The notes beneath the pieces were generated by a model that was not told the origin of the DNA, did not search any database, and saw nothing but the letters and a program-made list of their open reading frames with translations. This document shows positions 39,324 through 50,083 of a DNA stretch of 64,000 bases, in pieces. Within the stretch, counting starts at the first letter, position 1; the number at the start of each line of letters is the position of its first letter. The DNA comes from an uncultured delta proteobacterium (GTDB taxonomy: Bacteria > Myxococcota_A > UBA9160 > SMWR01): contig CAWHTE010000007.1 in NCBI GenBank assembly GCA_963832165.1, positions 800,001-864,000 of the forward strand, in the 5' to 3' direction. A program made the position numbers and the translations under genes.

Positions 39324-39946
39324 TTCCACACCGTGCAGATCTCTTCGGCGGTCGACAGGTAGGCGAGGTTGCGCAGCGTGTACTGCAGCGCATCGCGCGC
39401 ATAGGAGGGCGGAGCCCCCGCGACGCAATCGCCTGGGATCACGACGGTGTAGCCGCGGTTGACGGCTTCGATCGCGGCTCCCGTGATCGCGATGTTGATC
39501 GACACGCCCGCGAGCACGACCGTCCTGACTCCGGCGCTGCGCAATCGCCCGTCGAGACCCGTCTCGTGGAACGCCGTCAGGCCGTGATCGCGCACGGCCA
39601 CGATGTCTTGCGGCTCGGGTCCGAGCTCGGGGACGACCGCGGCGCCCGCGGCGCTGCGCGACGGGTCCGCGCCGCCGCTGCGAGCGAGCGTGCGTGCACC
39701 GAGCGGCGTGTTCGCGAGCGGACCCGGGCCGTCTGCGCTGAGTGCGACCGTGCAGTGATAGACGCGCACACCCGCCTTGCGCGCGCGAGACAGGAAGCTC
39801 CGCAGCGTCGGGAGCATCTCGCCGTCGCGGACCACGCGTGCGAGGTCGCCGACCAGCGATTGGTCGCCGAGCACGCTCTGCTGGCACTCGATCACGAGCA
39901 CCGCGGTGTGAGCCGGCTCCAGGAGCGCGCGCCAGTCGACCGGCAT
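39320..39946 (-). CDS. Isochorismatase-like cysteine hydrolase family protein
   Basis: TAVLVIECQ, TGLDGRLRSAGVRTVVLAGVS, AVNRGY; the usual catalytic Cys appears replaced. Confidence 0.8.
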   Translation of the reverse strand: MPVDWRALLEPAHTAVLVIECQQSVLGDQSLVGDLARVVRDGEMLPTLRSFLSRARKAGVRVYHCTVALSADGPGPLANTPLGARTLARSGGADPSRSAAGAAVVPELGPEPQDIVAVRDHGLTAFHETGLDGRLRSAGVRTVVLAGVSINIAITGAAIEAVNRGYTVVIPGDCVAGAPPSYARDALQYTLRNLAYLSTAEEICTVWK

Positions 39947-39958
39947 CGAGACTCGGGC

Positions 39959-40609
39959 TCAGCTCTCTCCGCCCGCCGCGAGCTTCGCGATCTTCGCGTC
40001 GAGCGCGACGAGCAGCGCGTCGATGTTCTGGCGCTTCACGATCGAGACGAACTCGGAGCGCCGCAGTGCGAGCTCGCTCACGGTGCCGTCGAGGTAGACG
40101 TCGATCACCTTCCAGCTGCCGCCGGTCTGGTGCATGCGGTAGTTCAGATCGATGTTCTTGTCGGTGGGATCGATCAGCTGGCTCTTGACGATCATGGTGT
40201 CGCGCGGGCCCTTCACTTCACCGAGCGTCTTGAACGACTGGCCCGAATAGCCGTCGAAGCGGCCCGCGTAGTTCGCGACCATGAACCGCTCGAACGTGGC
40301 GAGGTAGCGCTGCCGCGCGTCCTCGCTCGCGGCCTTCCACTGCGCCTCGCCGAGCGACTTGCGCGCCATCTCGGGGACGTCGAAGTAGGTGGGGATCACG
40401 GTGCGGAGCTTCTGCTCGCGCCCCGCATAACCGAGCGCGACCGCGTTCTTCATCACGTCGAGCAGGCCCGCGTGCAGACCATCGATCGCCGCGCTGGGCG
40501 CCGTCTCCGCGTCGGTGCGCGCCGCGGGATCGCCCAGTGCGGGTTGCGCGAGGAACGCCGTGAGCAGAACGAGCGCGAGGCGCGAGAGCGCGCGCGGGGA
40601 TTGGTGCAT
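39959..40609 (-). CDS. mlaC: MlaC/Ttg2D (HpnM-like) periplasmic lipid shuttle
   Basis: Signal peptide; FDVPEMARKSLG..W; WKVIDVYLDGTVSELALRRSEF. Confidence 0.85.
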   Translation of the reverse strand: MHQSPRALSRLALVLLTAFLAQPALGDPAARTDAETAPSAAIDGLHAGLLDVMKNAVALGYAGREQKLRTVIPTYFDVPEMARKSLGEAQWKAASEDARQRYLATFERFMVANYAGRFDGYSGQSFKTLGEVKGPRDTMIVKSQLIDPTDKNIDLNYRMHQTGGSWKVIDVYLDGTVSELALRRSEFVSIVKRQNIDALLVALDAKIAKLAAGGES

Positions 40610-40701
40610 GTGGGCGGACCTCGAACCAGGCGGGGGAGGGGATCGGAAGAAGAACGGGTTTCAATGTAGCGAACCCGCTCTATTGGGAGGTGACGCGCGT
40701 C

Positions 40702-41568
40702 TCAATCGCTGAGCACGAAGCTCGCCACTGCATCGTTGAAGCCGCTCGGGTTGTCCGTCATCACCGAGTGTCCCGCCTGTGGGACGACTGCGAGGCGACC
40801 CTGCTTCAGCACCTCGTCCACCATGCGATCGGCGATCTCGGGCGAGAGGATGTCCGAGGCCGCGCCGCGCACCACGAGCGCAGGGCACGGCAGCGCCGCG
40901 AGCGCGTCCCACATGCGCTGCTGCAGCGAGCGCTCCTGTTGCTCCGCGTCGGGAGCTTCTGCGCGCCCCGCGGTGATGCCGCGCAGCGCGGGATCCATGG
41001 CGAGCTCGAACTTTCCGTCGCTGCGCCGGCGCAACCCGTGCACCGCCATCCGACGCAGCGACTCCGGCGTGGCCGCGGGATAGGCCAGCGAGAGAGCGCG
41101 CGCGTACTCCTCGACGCTGTCGAACGTCGGCTTCATGTTCATCTCGACGTCCTGGCGGATGCGAATGCTGCCGCGCGCATCGACCTCGGGCCCGATGTCG
41201 ACGATCACGAGCCCCGCGACGCGCTCGGGGTGCCGGCCCGCGAACAGCGTGGCGACGCGCCCGCCGAGCGAATGCGCGACCAACACCACGCGCTCGATGC
41301 CGAGCGCCGCGGTCACTGCCTCCACGTCGTCGACGAGCGAGTCGATGTCGTAGCGACCCTGCGGATCCCAGTCCGATTGGCCGTGCCCGCGGTGATCGAG
41401 CGCGAGCGTGCGGTAGTAGGGCGCGACGATCGGTGCGAAGTCGTCCCAGATGTGCGCTTCGTTTCCGAAGCCGTGCAGGAGCAGCATCGGCACGCCTTCG
41501 GTGCTCCATTCGAGCAGGTGCAACTCGGCGCCGTGGGCGCCCTTCACGCGAAGATCTCTGGGTTGCAT
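40702..41568 (-). CDS. Alpha/beta hydrolase
   Basis: LLHGF, DHRGHGQS, AHSLGG, AGHSV. Confidence 0.9.
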   Translation of the reverse strand: MQPRDLRVKGAHGAELHLLEWSTEGVPMLLLHGFGNEAHIWDDFAPIVAPYYRTLALDHRGHGQSDWDPQGRYDIDSLVDDVEAVTAALGIERVVLVAHSLGGRVATLFAGRHPERVAGLVIVDIGPEVDARGSIRIRQDVEMNMKPTFDSVEEYARALSLAYPAATPESLRRMAVHGLRRRSDGKFELAMDPALRGITAGRAEAPDAEQQERSLQQRMWDALAALPCPALVVRGAASDILSPEIADRMVDEVLKQGRLAVVPQAGHSVMTDNPSGFNDAVASFVLSD

Positions 41569-41611
41569 GCGCCCATCATACACCGAGGGTTCGCGGTGCT
41601 ACGTTGGTTGC

Positions 41612-43030
41612 GTGAGCGCTCCCGCGAACGTGATCGAATCGCTCGATCGGGGCATCGACGCGGCGATCGACGACCTCACGGCGCTCGCACGGATCCCGTC
41701 CGTGTCGGCGCCCGGGTTCGACGCCGCGCACGTCGCGCGCTGCGCACAGGCGACCGCGGAGCTTCTCGCAAAGAGCGGCCTCGAGCGCGTCGAGATCCTC
41801 ACGCTTCCGGGTGCGCACCCGTACGTGGTGGCCGAGTGGCTCCACGCCGGTCCCGATGCGCCGACGGTCCTCGTCTACGCGCACCACGACGTGCAGCCGC
41901 CCGGTCGCGAGAGCTACTGGCACTCGCCGCCGTTCGAACCGACCCGGCGCGGAGATGGGCGCCTCTACGGCCGCGGCGTGGTCGACGACAAGGCGGGCGT
42001 GTTGCTGCACCTCGCCGCGCAGCGCGCGTGGCTTTCGGCTGCCGGCGCGCTGCCCGTCAACGTGAAGTGGATCGTCGAAGGAGAGGAGGAGATCGGCTCC
42101 GAGCATCTCGCCGAATTCCTGCGCACGCACCGCGCGCGCCTCGACTGCGACGTGCTCGTGCTCTCGGACACCGCGAATCTCGAAACGGGCATTCCGTCGC
42201 TCACGACGAGTCTGCGCGGGATCGTGCAGGTCGACGTCACCGTGCGCGCGCTCGATCACCCGATCCACAGCGGCATGTGGGGCGGTCCGGTGCCAGACGC
42301 CGCCACCGCGTTGACCTCGCTGCTCGCGCGCCTCGTCGACGAGCGCGGCGCGATCGCGGTGCCGGGCATCTACGACGACGTGCCGGAGCTCTCCGCGCCG
42401 GAGCGCGAGTCGATCGCGGCGCTGCCGTTCGACGCGGCCGCGTTCCGCCGCGACGCGGGCATGGACGCCCGCACCGCATTCATCGGCGAGAGCGACCGCA
42501 CGATCTACGAGCGCCTCTGGCATCGCCCCTCGCTCGCGTTGACCGCGCTCGAGGGCATGCCGCTCGCCACGGCAGCGAATCAGCTGATGGCCGAGGCGCG
42601 CGCGCGGATCGGGGTGCGCGTCGCGCCGGGGCAGAACCCGCAGCGCGCCGCGGAGCTCGTTGCCGAGTTCGTGAAGCGCGATCCGCCGGCGGGCGTGCGC
42701 GTGGAGACCTCGGTCCCTGCAGCCGTGGCGGGCTGGAAGACGCGCGCGGACGGGCCCGCCTTCGACGCCGCGCGCCGCGCACTGCGCGAGGGCTACGGGC
42801 GCGAGGCGGTCGTGATCGGCTGCGGCGGCTCGATCCCGTTCGTGGGTCCGTTCGTCGAGGTGCTGGGCGGGGTACCCGCGTTGCTCCTGGGGCTCGAAGA
42901 TCCGCCCTGCAATGCCCACGGGGAGAACGAGAGCCTGGATCTCGCCGACTTCCGCAAGGCCGCACATAGCTCGGCACACCTGCTCGCCGAGCTCTGCACA
43001 CTCCCGCGCGCGCGCGGCGCGCGCCGCTAG
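41612..43030 (+). CDS. M20 family dipeptidase
   Basis: [36 protein letters not shown]. Confidence 0.92.
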   Translation: MSAPANVIESLDRGIDAAIDDLTALARIPSVSAPGFDAAHVARCAQATAELLAKSGLERVEILTLPGAHPYVVAEWLHAGPDAPTVLVYAHHDVQPPGRESYWHSPPFEPTRRGDGRLYGRGVVDDKAGVLLHLAAQRAWLSAAGALPVNVKWIVEGEEEIGSEHLAEFLRTHRARLDCDVLVLSDTANLETGIPSLTTSLRGIVQVDVTVRALDHPIHSGMWGGPVPDAATALTSLLARLVDERGAIAVPGIYDDVPELSAPERESIAALPFDAAAFRRDAGMDARTAFIGESDRTIYERLWHRPSLALTALEGMPLATAANQLMAEARARIGVRVAPGQNPQRAAELVAEFVKRDPPAGVRVETSVPAAVAGWKTRADGPAFDAARRALREGYGREAVVIGCGGSIPFVGPFVEVLGGVPALLLGLEDPPCNAHGENESLDLADFRKAAHSSAHLLAELCTLPRARGARR

Positions 43031-43065
43031 ACCGCTATCTTCGCCCGACAAGGAGATCCCCCAGA

Positions 43066-45341
43066 ATGCCCGCGATCGAGACCACCCCCGCATTGGTCGC
43101 GCGTGTCTACGAGACCCTCGCGCGCAACGTCGCTGCGGTTCGCAAGCGGTTGAACCGCCCACTGACCTACGCCGAGAAGATCTTCTACGGCCATCTCGAC
43201 GATCCCGCGTCGGCCGAGCTCGTTGCCGGCGCGAGCTATGTCGGGCTCCATCCCGATCGCGTCGCGATGCAGGACGCCACCGCGCAGATGGCGGTCTTGC
43301 AGTTCATGCTCGCGGGCAAGAGCGAGACCGCGGTGCCCACCACCGTGCACTGCGACCACCTGATCCAGGCCTACGTCGGCGCCGAGGCCGACATGAAGAC
43401 CGCGCGCACCACCAACGCCGAGGTATACGAGTTCCTGCGCAGCGCATCCGCGCGCTATGGGATCGGATTCTGGGGCCCGGGCGCCGGCATCATCCACCAG
43501 GTGGTACTCGAGAACTACGCGTTCCCGGGCGGCATGATGATCGGCACCGATTCGCACACGCCCAACGCGGGCGGCCTCGGCATGTTCGCGTGCGGAGTCG
43601 GCGGCGCAGATGCGGTCGACGTGATGGCGGGCTTCGCGTGGGAGGTGCTGCATCCGAAGTTCGTCGGCGTGCGCCTCACGGGCAAGCTCTCGGGATGGAC
43701 GGCGCCCAAGGACGTGATCTTGAAGGTCTGCGAGATCCTGACCGTGCAGGGCGGAACGAACCGCGTGATCGAGTACTTCGGCCCCGGCGCGCGCACGATC
43801 AGCTGCACCGGCAAGGGCACGATCACGAACATGGGTGCCGAGCTGGGCGCGACCACTTCCGTCTTCCCCTACGACGAGCGGATGGCCACGTACCTCAAGG
43901 CGACCGGGCGCGAGGAGCTCGCGGATCTCGCCAACCGGCACGCCGAGATGCTGCGTGCAGATCCCGAGGTGGAGTCCGATCCCGCGCGCTTCTTCGACGA
44001 GGTGGTCGAGATCGATCTCTCGACGCTCGAGCCCCACGTCGTGGGCCCGCACACGCCCGACCTCGCACGTCCGGTCTCGCGCATGGCGCGCGATGCGCGC
44101 GAGAACGGGTATCCGCTCCAGCTCACGTCCGCGCTGATCGGGAGCTGCACGAACTCCTCGTACGAGGATCTCGAGCGCGCCGCGGACGTCGCACGGCAGG
44201 CGATCGCACAGGGCGCGCGCGCGAAGACGAAGCTCTGGGTGACGCCCGGCTCCGAGCAGATCCACCAGACGATCCGGCGCGACGGTCAGATGGCCGACTT
44301 CGAGGCGATCGGCGGGCTCGTGCTCGCGAACGCGTGCGGGCCGTGCATCGGGCAGTGGAAGCGCGACGACGTGGCCGAGGGCGAAGAGAACTCGATCATC
44401 AACTCCTACAACCGCAACTTCCGCAAGCGCAACGACGGCAACAGCGGCACCTCCTCGTTCATCGCGAGCCCCGAGATCGTGGTGGCCTATGCGCTCGCGG
44501 GCACGCTCGACGTTCGATCCGCTCGCCGACGCGATCGAGGGCGAGCGCGGCGCGTTCAAGCTCAACCCGCCCGCGCCGGCGCCCGAGATCCCGCGCAACG
44601 GGTTCGTTGCGAGCCGGCTCGGCTACGAGGATCCGCCCAAGGATCCCGCGCGCGTGAAGGTGAGCGTCGATCCGAACAGCGATCGGCTGCAGCTGCTCGA
44701 GCCGTTCGAGCCCTGGCACGGCGGCGACTTCGAGCGCCTGCCGCTGCTCGTGAAGGCGAAGGGGAAGTGCACCACCGACCACATCTCGCCGGCCGGGAAG
44801 TGGCTCACCTACCGCGGTCACCTCGAGAACATCAGCGACAACATGCTCTCCGGTGCGGTCAACGCATTCACGGGTGACGCGGGTACGGGCACCGATCCGC
44901 TCTCGGGCGCGCACGGCGTGCCGATCTCGAAGATCGCGCGTCACTTCAAGGCCGAGGGGCTGCGCTGGGTGGTCGTCGGCGACGAGAACTACGGCGAGGG
45001 CTCGAGCCGCGAGCACGCGGCGATGTCGCCGCGCCTGCTCGGCGCCGCGGCCGTGCTCGTGCGCAGCTTCGCGCGGATTCACGAGACCAACCTGAAGAAG
45101 CAGGGCGTGCTGCCGCTCACGTTCCAGAATCCCGCGGACTACGAGCGCGTTGCCGAAGGAGACCGCATCAGCATTCGGGGCCTCGTCGAATCTCGCACCC
45201 GGGAAGCCGCTGACCGTGGTGCTGCACCACGCCGACGGAACAGAGGAGTCGTGCGCGGCGCAGCACACGCTGAACGCCGAGCAGATCGCGTGGTTCCGCG
45301 CCGGCTCGGCGCTGAACCTGCTCCGGAGGGGTCGTAACTAG
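43066..45341 (+). CDS. Aconitate hydratase (mitochondrial-type), apparent frameshifts near 44510 and 45185
   Basis: [58 protein letters not shown]. Confidence 0.92.
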
Positions 45342-45359
45342 CGTCGGTCGGAGCTGAAA

Positions 45360-46283
45360 GTGCCGCGGACGCTCGTGATCGTGAACCCGCACAGCGCCGG
45401 AGGCGCTACGCGTCGGCGCTGGCGCGCGCTCGAGCCGCGCGTGCGCGACGCACTCGGCGCGGTCGAGATCGAACACACGCGCGCCGCGCGCGACGCGGAG
45501 CGGCTCGCACGCGAAGCGGTGCGCGCGGGGATCGAGCGCGTGGTGGTGGCGGGCGGCGACGGCACGCTCGCGGAGGTGGCCACGGGTCTCTTGCGCGCGC
45601 AGCTCGGCGGCTACGCCGAGCTCGGCGTGCTGCCGATGGGCACCGGCTGCGACTTCGCGCGCACGCTCGGCGTGCCGCGCGATCCCGACGCTGCGCTCGA
45701 GGTGCTGCGGACCGGCAAGGGCCGGCGCATCGATGCGGGACACGCGCACTACATCGGCCGCGACGGTGCACCGGCCGACTCCTACTTCCTGAACGTGGCG
45801 AGCTTTGGCGTGTCCAGCCTCGTCGTGGAGCTCGCGCAGCGCCACGCGCGCTGGCTCGGTGGAACGACCGCGTTCGCGGTCGCGACCGTGCTCGCGCTGC
45901 TTCGCCACCGCAACGCGCGCGTCGCGCTGCGCGTGGACGGCGCTCTCGCGCTCGATGCGTACGTCGCGCTCGGAGCCGCTGCGAATGGACGCCAGTTCGG
46001 CGGCGGCATGCAGATCGCGCCCGACGCGCGGCTCGACGACGGTCGCCTCGATGTGGTGTGGGTCGCGAATACGAGCGCGCTCCAGCTGATCCCCAAGCTG
46101 CCCAAGCTCTATCGCGGCACGCACCTGGCCGATCCGGTCGTGGGCACGCGGCGCGGCCGGCGGATCGAGGCCGACGCGGCGCCCGGGGCCGTTCTGCTCG
46201 AACTCGATGGCGAGCCGATCGGTTCTCTGCCGGCGCAGATCGAGGTCGTGCCGGACGCGCTCTCGGTGGTCGGGCCGGCGTGA
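45360..46283 (+). CDS. Diacylglycerol/sphingosine kinase-family lipid kinase
   Basis: IVNPHSAGG, AGGDGT, LPMGTG.DFAR, FGGG, LDGE. Confidence 0.9.
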   Translation: MPRTLVIVNPHSAGGATRRRWRALEPRVRDALGAVEIEHTRAARDAERLAREAVRAGIERVVVAGGDGTLAEVATGLLRAQLGGYAELGVLPMGTGCDFARTLGVPRDPDAALEVLRTGKGRRIDAGHAHYIGRDGAPADSYFLNVASFGVSSLVVELAQRHARWLGGTTAFAVATVLALLRHRNARVALRVDGALALDAYVALGAAANGRQFGGGMQIAPDARLDDGRLDVVWVANTSALQLIPKLPKLYRGTHLADPVVGTRRGRRIEADAAPGAVLLELDGEPIGSLPAQIEVVPDALSVVGPA

Positions 46284-47236
46284 GCGATCTGCTCGAGTCG
46301 GTGCGCGCGGCGTGCGCGCGCGTCGCCGAGCTCGCGCGTTTCGTCTCGATCGACGATCTGGGGCTCGAGCACTGGGTGGACGCCAAGCGCGATCTCGTGG
46401 CCGTCGCGAGCGCAGACCCCGCACACCAGCACTTCGACGATCCCGCTACGACGCTCGCCTACGTCGTGACGCTCGACGCGATCAACTTCGGCTCGGGCTG
46501 GTTCCCGGAGCTGGTCAAGCGCCCGGGCATGTCGGGCTATTTCACGGTGGCGACCAGCCTGCGCGAGCAGTTCGCGCGCGCGGGCGCGTGGACCGCGGCC
46601 GACCTCGCGCGGATCGACGCGGATCACTGCGCCGACCTGTTCGGCCAGCGCGGGAACGGCGCCGTGCGCGAGCTCATGGAGCTGTTCGCGCGCGCGCTGA
46701 ACGATCTCGGCGCGTGGCTCGACGCGCGCCACGGCGGCTCGTTCGCGCGAGCGGTACAGGCCGCGGGTGGCAGCGCGGAGCGCCTCGCCGCGTCGCTGGC
46801 CGAGATGCCGCTGTATCGCGACGTAGCGCGTTATGCCGGCTTCGAGGTCCCGCTGTACAAGCGCGCGCAGCTCACCGCGGCCGATCTCGCGGCCGCGTTC
46901 GGCGGCCGAGGCTGCGGCGAGTTCCGCGATCTCGGCGATCTCACGATCTTCGCGGACAACCTGGTCCCCCACGTGCTGCGCCGCGAGGGGGTGCTCCGCT
47001 ACGACCCCGACCTCGCCGCGCGCATCGACCGCGGGGAGCTCGTGCCCGCGGGCTCGCCCGAGGAGGTGGAGATCCGCGCGGTCGCTCTGCATGCGGTCGA
47101 GCGCGCCGTCCGCGCGCTGCGCGAGCGAGGGGTCGACGCGAGCGCGCAGCGGCTCGACTATCTGCTCTGGCATCGCGGTCAGCAGCCGGAGATCAAGGCC
47201 CATCCCCGGCACCGCACGCGGTGCCCGTACTATTGA
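46280..47236 (+). CDS. qng1: Queuosine-nucleotide N-glycosylase (Q salvage, DUF2419 family)
   Basis: LDAINFGSG, LYKRAQL, LTIFADNLVPHVL, EEVEIRA, LDYLLW, HRTR..YY. Confidence 0.85.
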   Translation: MSDLLESVRAACARVAELARFVSIDDLGLEHWVDAKRDLVAVASADPAHQHFDDPATTLAYVVTLDAINFGSGWFPELVKRPGMSGYFTVATSLREQFARAGAWTAADLARIDADHCADLFGQRGNGAVRELMELFARALNDLGAWLDARHGGSFARAVQAAGGSAERLAASLAEMPLYRDVARYAGFEVPLYKRAQLTAADLAAAFGGRGCGEFRDLGDLTIFADNLVPHVLRREGVLRYDPDLAARIDRGELVPAGSPEEVEIRAVALHAVERAVRALRERGVDASAQRLDYLLWHRGQQPEIKAHPRHRTRCPYY

Positions 47237-47757
47237 TGGGAACGAAGGTGGTGCGACGGCGCGTGTTCGACGGGACCCTGATCATGCTGATCGCCGTGCT
47301 GGCTGCGGTGTCCGCGGCCGCGTACTGGCGCGGCGGCAACCAACTCGTGGCAGAGGGGTTCTCTTCGGGGTGGAACCAGCTCGTGCGCTTCGGCCCGATG
47401 ATCGTGGTGTCGTTCCTCGCCGCGGGCTTCGCCGATCTGTTGATTCCGCCCGCTTGGGTGCGCGAGCACCTCGGCGCCGACTCGGGATTGCGCGGGATCG
47501 CGCTCGCCACGGGCGTCGGCATCGTCACGCCCGCGGGTCCGTTCGTGTCGATGCCGATCGCGGCCGCGATGATCCGCACGGGCGCGGGCGCGGGTCCCGT
47601 GGTGGCGTTCCTGTCCTCGTGGTCGCTGCTCGCGGTACACCGGTTGGTGGCGTGGGAAGTCCCGATCCTGGGCTGGCGCTTCGCGCTCCTGCGCTTTGCC
47701 ATCTGCGCAGCGCTGCCGCTCGTTGCGGGCTTCGCCGCGCGAGCGTTGAGTCGTTAG
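47236..47757 (+). CDS. Small permease-like membrane protein (DUF318-like half)
   Basis: Several TM helices; LGADSGLRGI..TPAGPFVSMP. Confidence 0.7.
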   Translation: MGTKVVRRRVFDGTLIMLIAVLAAVSAAAYWRGGNQLVAEGFSSGWNQLVRFGPMIVVSFLAAGFADLLIPPAWVREHLGADSGLRGIALATGVGIVTPAGPFVSMPIAAAMIRTGAGAGPVVAFLSSWSLLAVHRLVAWEVPILGWRFALLRFAICAALPLVAGFAARALSR

Positions 47758-47784
47758 TCGTGAAGCGCGGTCGTCTGGCGTCGA

Positions 47785-48138
47785 GTGCAGCGATCTGTGG
47801 CTCTGGTCGCCGCGGCCACGCTGGGTTGTGGCGGAGAGGCGCTGTGCGAGAACACGTCGCCCGTCGAGATCCCGTCTCCGGACGGCCAGCTCGGGGCCTG
47901 GGTCTTCATCCGGCGCTGTGGCCCGACCACCGCGAGCTCGGTTCAGGTGACCATCCTGCCGGCCGGCTCCACCGCGCCCGCCGAAGCCGGCAATGTGTTC
48001 GCGATCGAGCCCGTGACCGGCGTCTCCGTGAAATGGCCGGCGAATCGCGAGCTGCTGATCTCGCGCGCGCCTGGCGGCACCGTGTCGAAACAGGAGCCGC
48101 GGGTCTCGGACGTCACGATCACCTATCGACTCGAGTAG
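47785..48138 (+). CDS. Hypothetical lipoprotein
   Basis: Leader ending TLGC; SPDG..FIRRCGPTT..VQVTI. Confidence 0.6.
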   Translation: MQRSVALVAAATLGCGGEALCENTSPVEIPSPDGQLGAWVFIRRCGPTTASSVQVTILPAGSTAPAEAGNVFAIEPVTGVSVKWPANRELLISRAPGGTVSKQEPRVSDVTITYRLE

Positions 48139-49422
48139 GAGCCGGCTTCGCGGAGACGGTCGTACACGCCGCGATCGCGTCGGCGAGCGCATCGCGGCGC
48201 CCTGCGTCGAGGTAGGGCGCGCGCAGTGCGTCGCCCGCGGCGACGCGCACGGCGGCCGCGTCGAGGTTGGGCGGCAGCGCGAGCAGCAGGCGCGCGGTGC
48301 GCTCGCCGATCCGCAGGAGACTCGGGCGCAGCTCGCGATCGAGATCGGGGAGCGCTTCGGGGTGGTAGCTCGGGTCCTTCGTGGCCTGGAGCTGCACGAA
48401 GCGCGCGGCCTCGAACTGGGCCTCGAACAGCGCGCGCACGCGCGTGTCGGGAGGCGGCGTGCGGCCAGTGCGCTTCGCCTCCGCGCGCAGGTCGGCGAGC
48501 GCTTTGTCGATCACGAGCGCCTCGCGCTCGGGCACCACGAGCGGGACGCCGTCGCGGCGCTTCACGACGCCCACGAGCGGCATCAGCGCGAGCCGCTCGT
48601 CGAGCGCCGCGAGCAGCGCACGCAGCGGCTCCGCGGTCCGCGCAGTCGGGGCTCCGAGCCATCGTTCGCGGAGCGCCGCGAGCGTGCCATCGGCTTCGCG
48701 CGCGAGCAGCCACGTGTCGAAGTCGGCGGCGAGCTCGGGCAGGTCGGCGCGCACGAGCCACGCCTTGCGGTCGCGCGAGAGCGGGCCGATCCGCGCGAGC
48801 GGCTGATCGACGCGCTTCTCCCAGAGCGGTGCCTCCGCGCCGTCGGTCACCACCGCGTCGACGCGCTCTTCGATCAAAAGCTCGATCACGGCCTCGTTCT
48901 TGGGAACCGTGATCAGCGTCGCATTGGGAAAGCTCGCGCGCGCCACCTGCTCGAGATGGCCGCCGCGGTTCACGGCGATCCGGATCTGCGGGCGGTCGAG
49001 CGTGGACGAGCCACCCCAGCGCTCGGGCGTCCGCGCGAGCGCGAACGCTTCGGTCTCGGCGACGGCCACCGCGAAGCGACCCGCCGCCGACCGCTCGGGC
49101 CGCACCGTGATCCCGGAAGCGGCCACGTCGAAGCTCCCGGCTGCGAGCTCGGCGACCAGCTGCGGCCAGCGGAAGCGCACGAAGCGGAGCTCGCGGCCGC
49201 GCTCGGCGGCCCAGGCGCGCAACAGCGCCACGTCGAACCCCTCGGGCTCGGCGCGGTCGTTCCGCGCGTGGCTGAACGGCGCGTAGTCCCCGCTCGTGCC
49301 CACCCGGAGCGCGACCGCGGGGTCGGCGGCCGCCGCCGCAGCGGCGAGCCACAGCGCGGCCAGGAGGGCCAGGACGCGCCCGGGCCGAGCGCCCCCGGGC
49401 GGTTTGACCGACTTTGCCCCAT
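48119..49422 (-). CDS. Exported cyclohexadienyl dehydratase (PheC-like) - chorismate mutase (AroQ) fusion; start uncertain
   Basis: Signal peptide, VGTSGDYAPFS, SGITV, VNRGG; C-terminal LDERLALM..V..VK..P..VPEREALV; no in-frame start close to the leader, so possibly a frameshift from ATG 49422. Confidence 0.75.
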
Positions 49423-49579
49423 CCCCTAACCTGCGGCTCTTCCTGCGTTTCCGGCAATTGTGCACGGCGCTACGGAACCCGAGACCCGCAATCGGTGTCC
49501 GCCCTGCCAGCCCGCAAGCGGGCCGGACCGAGACGAGTCGAGTTCGGCGGATTCCGTTGGGAAGGGTGGAGGCGCTGCC

Positions 49580-50077
49580 ATGTTGTCGATCGAAGACGTC
49601 GAATCTGGCTCGAACGTCGTCCACAAGAACACGGGCCTGCGCTACGCGGTCGTCGACGTCAGCGACACCGAGGTGCTGCTTTCGCCGGAATCCGACGCGA
49701 CGATGCAGGACCTGATGGTTCCGGTCGATCTCTTCCTGGCCGAGTTCATCGAGGGCGATCGCTACAGCGCGCCGCGGCGCACCGGCAGCGGCCGCGGTCG
49801 CGGCGCCCGGCGCCCTCCGCAGCAGCGCGCGACACCGAGCGGCCCGAAGGTGCGCGGCCGGGTGAAGAAGCTGGTGCCCGATCGGGGCTTCGGCTTCGTG
49901 CGCGGCGACGATGGCAAGGAAGTCTTCTTTCATCGCTCCGGCCTCGGCGCGAACGACTACGACGCGCTGTCCGAGGGTGACATCGTCGAGTACGTGGTGC
50001 AGGAAGGTCCGCGCGGCCCGCGCGCCGAGAACGTGAAGGCGGTCGGCGCCGACGGGGTCGCGACGACCAGCCCGTAG
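49580..50077 (+). CDS. Cold-shock domain protein with an extra N-terminal domain
   Basis: GGAGG RBS; C-terminal GRVK..RGFGFV..EVFFH..EGPRGPRAENV. Confidence 0.85.
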   Translation: MLSIEDVESGSNVVHKNTGLRYAVVDVSDTEVLLSPESDATMQDLMVPVDLFLAEFIEGDRYSAPRRTGSGRGRGARRPPQQRATPSGPKVRGRVKKLVPDRGFGFVRGDDGKEVFFHRSGLGANDYDALSEGDIVEYVVQEGPRGPRAENVKAVGADGVATTSP

Positions 50078-50083
50078 CCCCGC

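Noticed and set aside
47745..48138. Lipoprotein gene preceded by GTTAGTC as a stray cassette
   Set aside because: No attC downstream and the core site is not canonical.
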